Positions 30,465-32,000 of a stretch of DNA of 32,000 nucleotides are shown here, piece by piece. A program made the translations under genes and the position numbers. The notes below the pieces were generated by a model. The model did not search any database. It was not told where the DNA came from and saw only the letters and a program-made list of their open reading frames with translations. Source of the stretch: Cupriavidus necator (GTDB lineage Bacteria > Pseudomonadota > Gammaproteobacteria > Burkholderiales > Burkholderiaceae); NCBI RefSeq assembly GCF_016127575.1, contig NZ_CP066019.1:1350001-1382000 (forward strand), read 5' to 3'. How positions within the stretch are numbered: position 1 is the stretch's first letter; every line of letters begins with the position of its first letter.

Positions 30465-32000
30465 ATGACCGACCTTGCCTCCCCACACGCCCGCCTGCTC
30501 GCCCAGGCCATGCCCGACGGCGACGACGATCCGCAGGAGACGCGCGAATGGCTGGACGCGCTGGAGGCAGTGGTGGCGCAATGCGGGCAGGAGCGCGCGC
30601 GCTTCCTGCTCGGCCGGCTGCTCGATGCCGCCCCCGCGCTGGGTGTGTCGACCACGGCTCAGAGCAACACGCCTTACCTGAACACCATCCCGGTCGAGTG
30701 CCAGCCGCCTTATCCGGGGGATCTGGCGATGGAAGAGCGCATCACCGGCATCGTGCGCTGGAATGCCCTTGCCATGGTGGTGCGCGCCAACCAGGCCTAC
30801 GGTGAACTGGGCGGGCATATCTCCAGCTATGCCTCGGCGGCGGACCTGTTCGAGGTCGGCTTCAACCACTTCTTCCAGGGCGCCGATGCCGGCAACGGCG
30901 GCGACCTGGTCTACTTCCAGCCGCACTCGGCCCCGGGCGTGTACGCGCGCGCCTTCCTGGAAGGACGCCTGTCCGAGGCCCAGCTCGACAACTTCCGCCG
31001 CGAGGCGGGGGGGCAGGGCCTGTGCTCGTATCCGCACCCCTGGCTGATGCCGGACTTCTGGCAGTTCCCGACCGGCTCGATGGGGCTGGGCCCGATCCAG
31101 TCGGTCTACCAGGCGCGCTTCATGCGCTACATGGAGCACCGGGGGCTGCAGGCCACTTCGGGCCGGCACGTGTGGGGCGTGTTCGGCGACGGCGAGATGG
31201 ACGAGCCCGAATCGATCGCCGCGCTGCCGCTGGCAGCGCGCGAGAAGCTCGACAACCTGACCTTTGTCATCAACTGCAACCTGCAGCGCCTGGACGGCCC
31301 GGTGCGCGGCAACGGCCAGATCGTGCAGGAGCTGGAAGCGCTGTTCCGCGGCGCGGGCTGGAACGTGATCAAGGTGCTGTGGGGCAGCGCCTGGGACCCG
31401 ATCTTCGCGCGCGATCACTCCGGCGCGTTGCTGCGCGCCTTCGCCTCGACCATGGACGGCCAGTTCCAGACTTACAAGGCCAAGGACGGCCACTATGGGC
31501 GCGAGCATTTCTTTGGCCAGAACGAAGCGCTGAAGGCACTGGTCGCGCATATGACGCCGGATGAGGTGGCGGCGCTGAACCGCGGCGGACACGACCTGCG
31601 CAAGCTCCATGCGGCCTTTGCCGCGGCACGCGCGCACAAGGGCCAGCCCACGGTGATCCTGGCCAAGACCATCAAGGGCTATGGCATGGGCAATGCCGGC
31701 CAGGCGCAGAACACCACGCACCAGCAGAAGAAGCTCGACATCGAGGCGCTGAAGGCATTCCGCAGCCGCTTCGGCCTGGAGCTGTCCGACGAGGACCTGG
31801 AATCGATGCGCTTCTACCGCCCGGCCGAGGACAGCGCTGAGCTGCGCTACCTGCGCGAACGCCGCCAGGTGCTGGGCGGCTACCTGCCGGCGCGCCAGCG
31901 CCAGGCCGACACCGTGGCGGTGCCGCCGCTGGCGCAATACGGCCAGTTCGCGGTGGCGGCCGACCAGAAGGAGATGTCGACCACCATGGCAATGGTGCGC
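30465..32000 (+). CDS. aceE: pyruvate dehydrogenase E1 component, homodimeric AceE type, N-terminal 512 codons (continues past the window end)
   Basis: My own translation from ATG 30465 (GGAG 8 nt upstream) stays open to base 32000. It reads MTDLASPHARLL...DPQETREWLDALEAVV...TPYLNTIP...RWNALAMVVRAN...GGHISSYASAADLFEVGFNHFF...YFQPHSAPGVYARAFLEGRL...GLCSYPHPWLMPDFWQFPTGSMGLGP...FGDGEMDEPES...NCNLQRLDGPVRGNG...KGYGMG.... These are the hallmark AceE blocks, including the ThDP motif GDGEMDE...NCNLQ. The ORF is absent from the supplied track because it has no in-window stop. Confidence 0.93.
   Translation, partial: MTDLASPHARLLAQAMPDGDDDPQETREWLDALEAVVAQCGQERARFLLGRLLDAAPALGVSTTAQSNTPYLNTIPVECQPPYPGDLAMEERITGIVRWNALAMVVRANQAYGELGGHISSYASAADLFEVGFNHFFQGADAGNGGDLVYFQPHSAPGVYARAFLEGRLSEAQLDNFRREAGGQGLCSYPHPWLMPDFWQFPTGSMGLGPIQSVYQARFMRYMEHRGLQATSGRHVWGVFGDGEMDEPESIAALPLAAREKLDNLTFVINCNLQRLDGPVRGNGQIVQELEALFRGAGWNVIKVLWGSAWDPIFARDHSGALLRAFASTMDGQFQTYKAKDGHYGREHFFGQNEALKALVAHMTPDEVAALNRGGHDLRKLHAAFAAARAHKGQPTVILAKTIKGYGMGNAGQAQNTTHQQKKLDIEALKAFRSRFGLELSDEDLESMRFYRPAEDSAELRYLRERRQVLGGYLPARQRQADTVAVPPLAQYGQFAVAADQKEMSTTMAMVR

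Noticed and set aside
30351-31937. 528-aa minus-strand ORF
   Set aside because: It is antisense to the AceE-type E1 gene, which is clearly real on the plus strand. The track lacks the real ORF only because that ORF has no stop inside the window.
1-32000. Scan by eye for CRISPR arrays, IS/transposase/integrase genes, tRNA/rRNA genes, phage or defence-system genes, and long terminal repeats flanking the phn block
   Set aside because: None found. The only tandem repeat is the 3 x 39-bp coding repeat. All other repeats are short hairpins or operator-like words. A computational scan (tRNAscan, ISfinder, a CRISPR finder) would be needed to exclude degenerate elements.

Overview
GC-rich segment (G/C at almost every third codon position), probably from a betaproteobacterial chromosome. 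Cupriavidus/Ralstonia-type Burkholderiaceae is my best guess, inferred from a Bug/TctC-family binding protein, a CYP116B-style P450 fusion and the codon style. I did no database search. I support 36 protein-coding genes. By eye I found no rRNA or tRNA genes, no CRISPR array, and no transposase, integrase or IS ends.

Gene order, left to right:
- 3' end of a DinG-like helicase, then thioredoxin-like, VOC, LysR and cupin genes.
- Two small exported proteins. One carries a 3 x 39-bp in-frame tandem repeat.
- A four-gene FUSC-type (fusaric-acid/AaeAB-like) efflux operon with a divergent LysR regulator.
- An orphan exported protein and a GNAT.
- An IclR regulator divergent from a Bug/TctC binding protein and a self-sufficient P450-FMN/2Fe-2S reductase fusion.
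- A ~12-kb phosphonate (C-P lyase) locus in three transcription units: phnGHIJKLM (-), phnF-DUF1045-phnN (+), and phnCDE-HD oxygenase-like-GNAT (-).
- An SDR/LysR pair, an Lrp/AsnC regulator, and the 5' 512 codons of an AceE-type pyruvate dehydrogenase E1. This last ORF is missing from the supplied track because it has no stop codon inside the window.

The many long Arg/Ala/Gly-rich ORFs antisense to these genes are high-GC shadow frames.

I see no defence island or mobile element. The items most worth follow-up are:
1. The two non-canonical genes in the phn locus: a PhnZ-like HD-domain protein translationally coupled to a PhnO-like GNAT, and a DUF1045/2H phosphoesterase where phnP would be expected.
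2. Shared Pho-box plus HutC-type operator motifs across the phn promoters.
3. The P450 fusion co-transcribed with an orphan carboxylate-type binding protein, across an intrinsic terminator that abuts the P450 ribosome-binding site.
4. The exported DPFTDGA-repeat protein.

All family assignments come from motif recognition by eye and memory.
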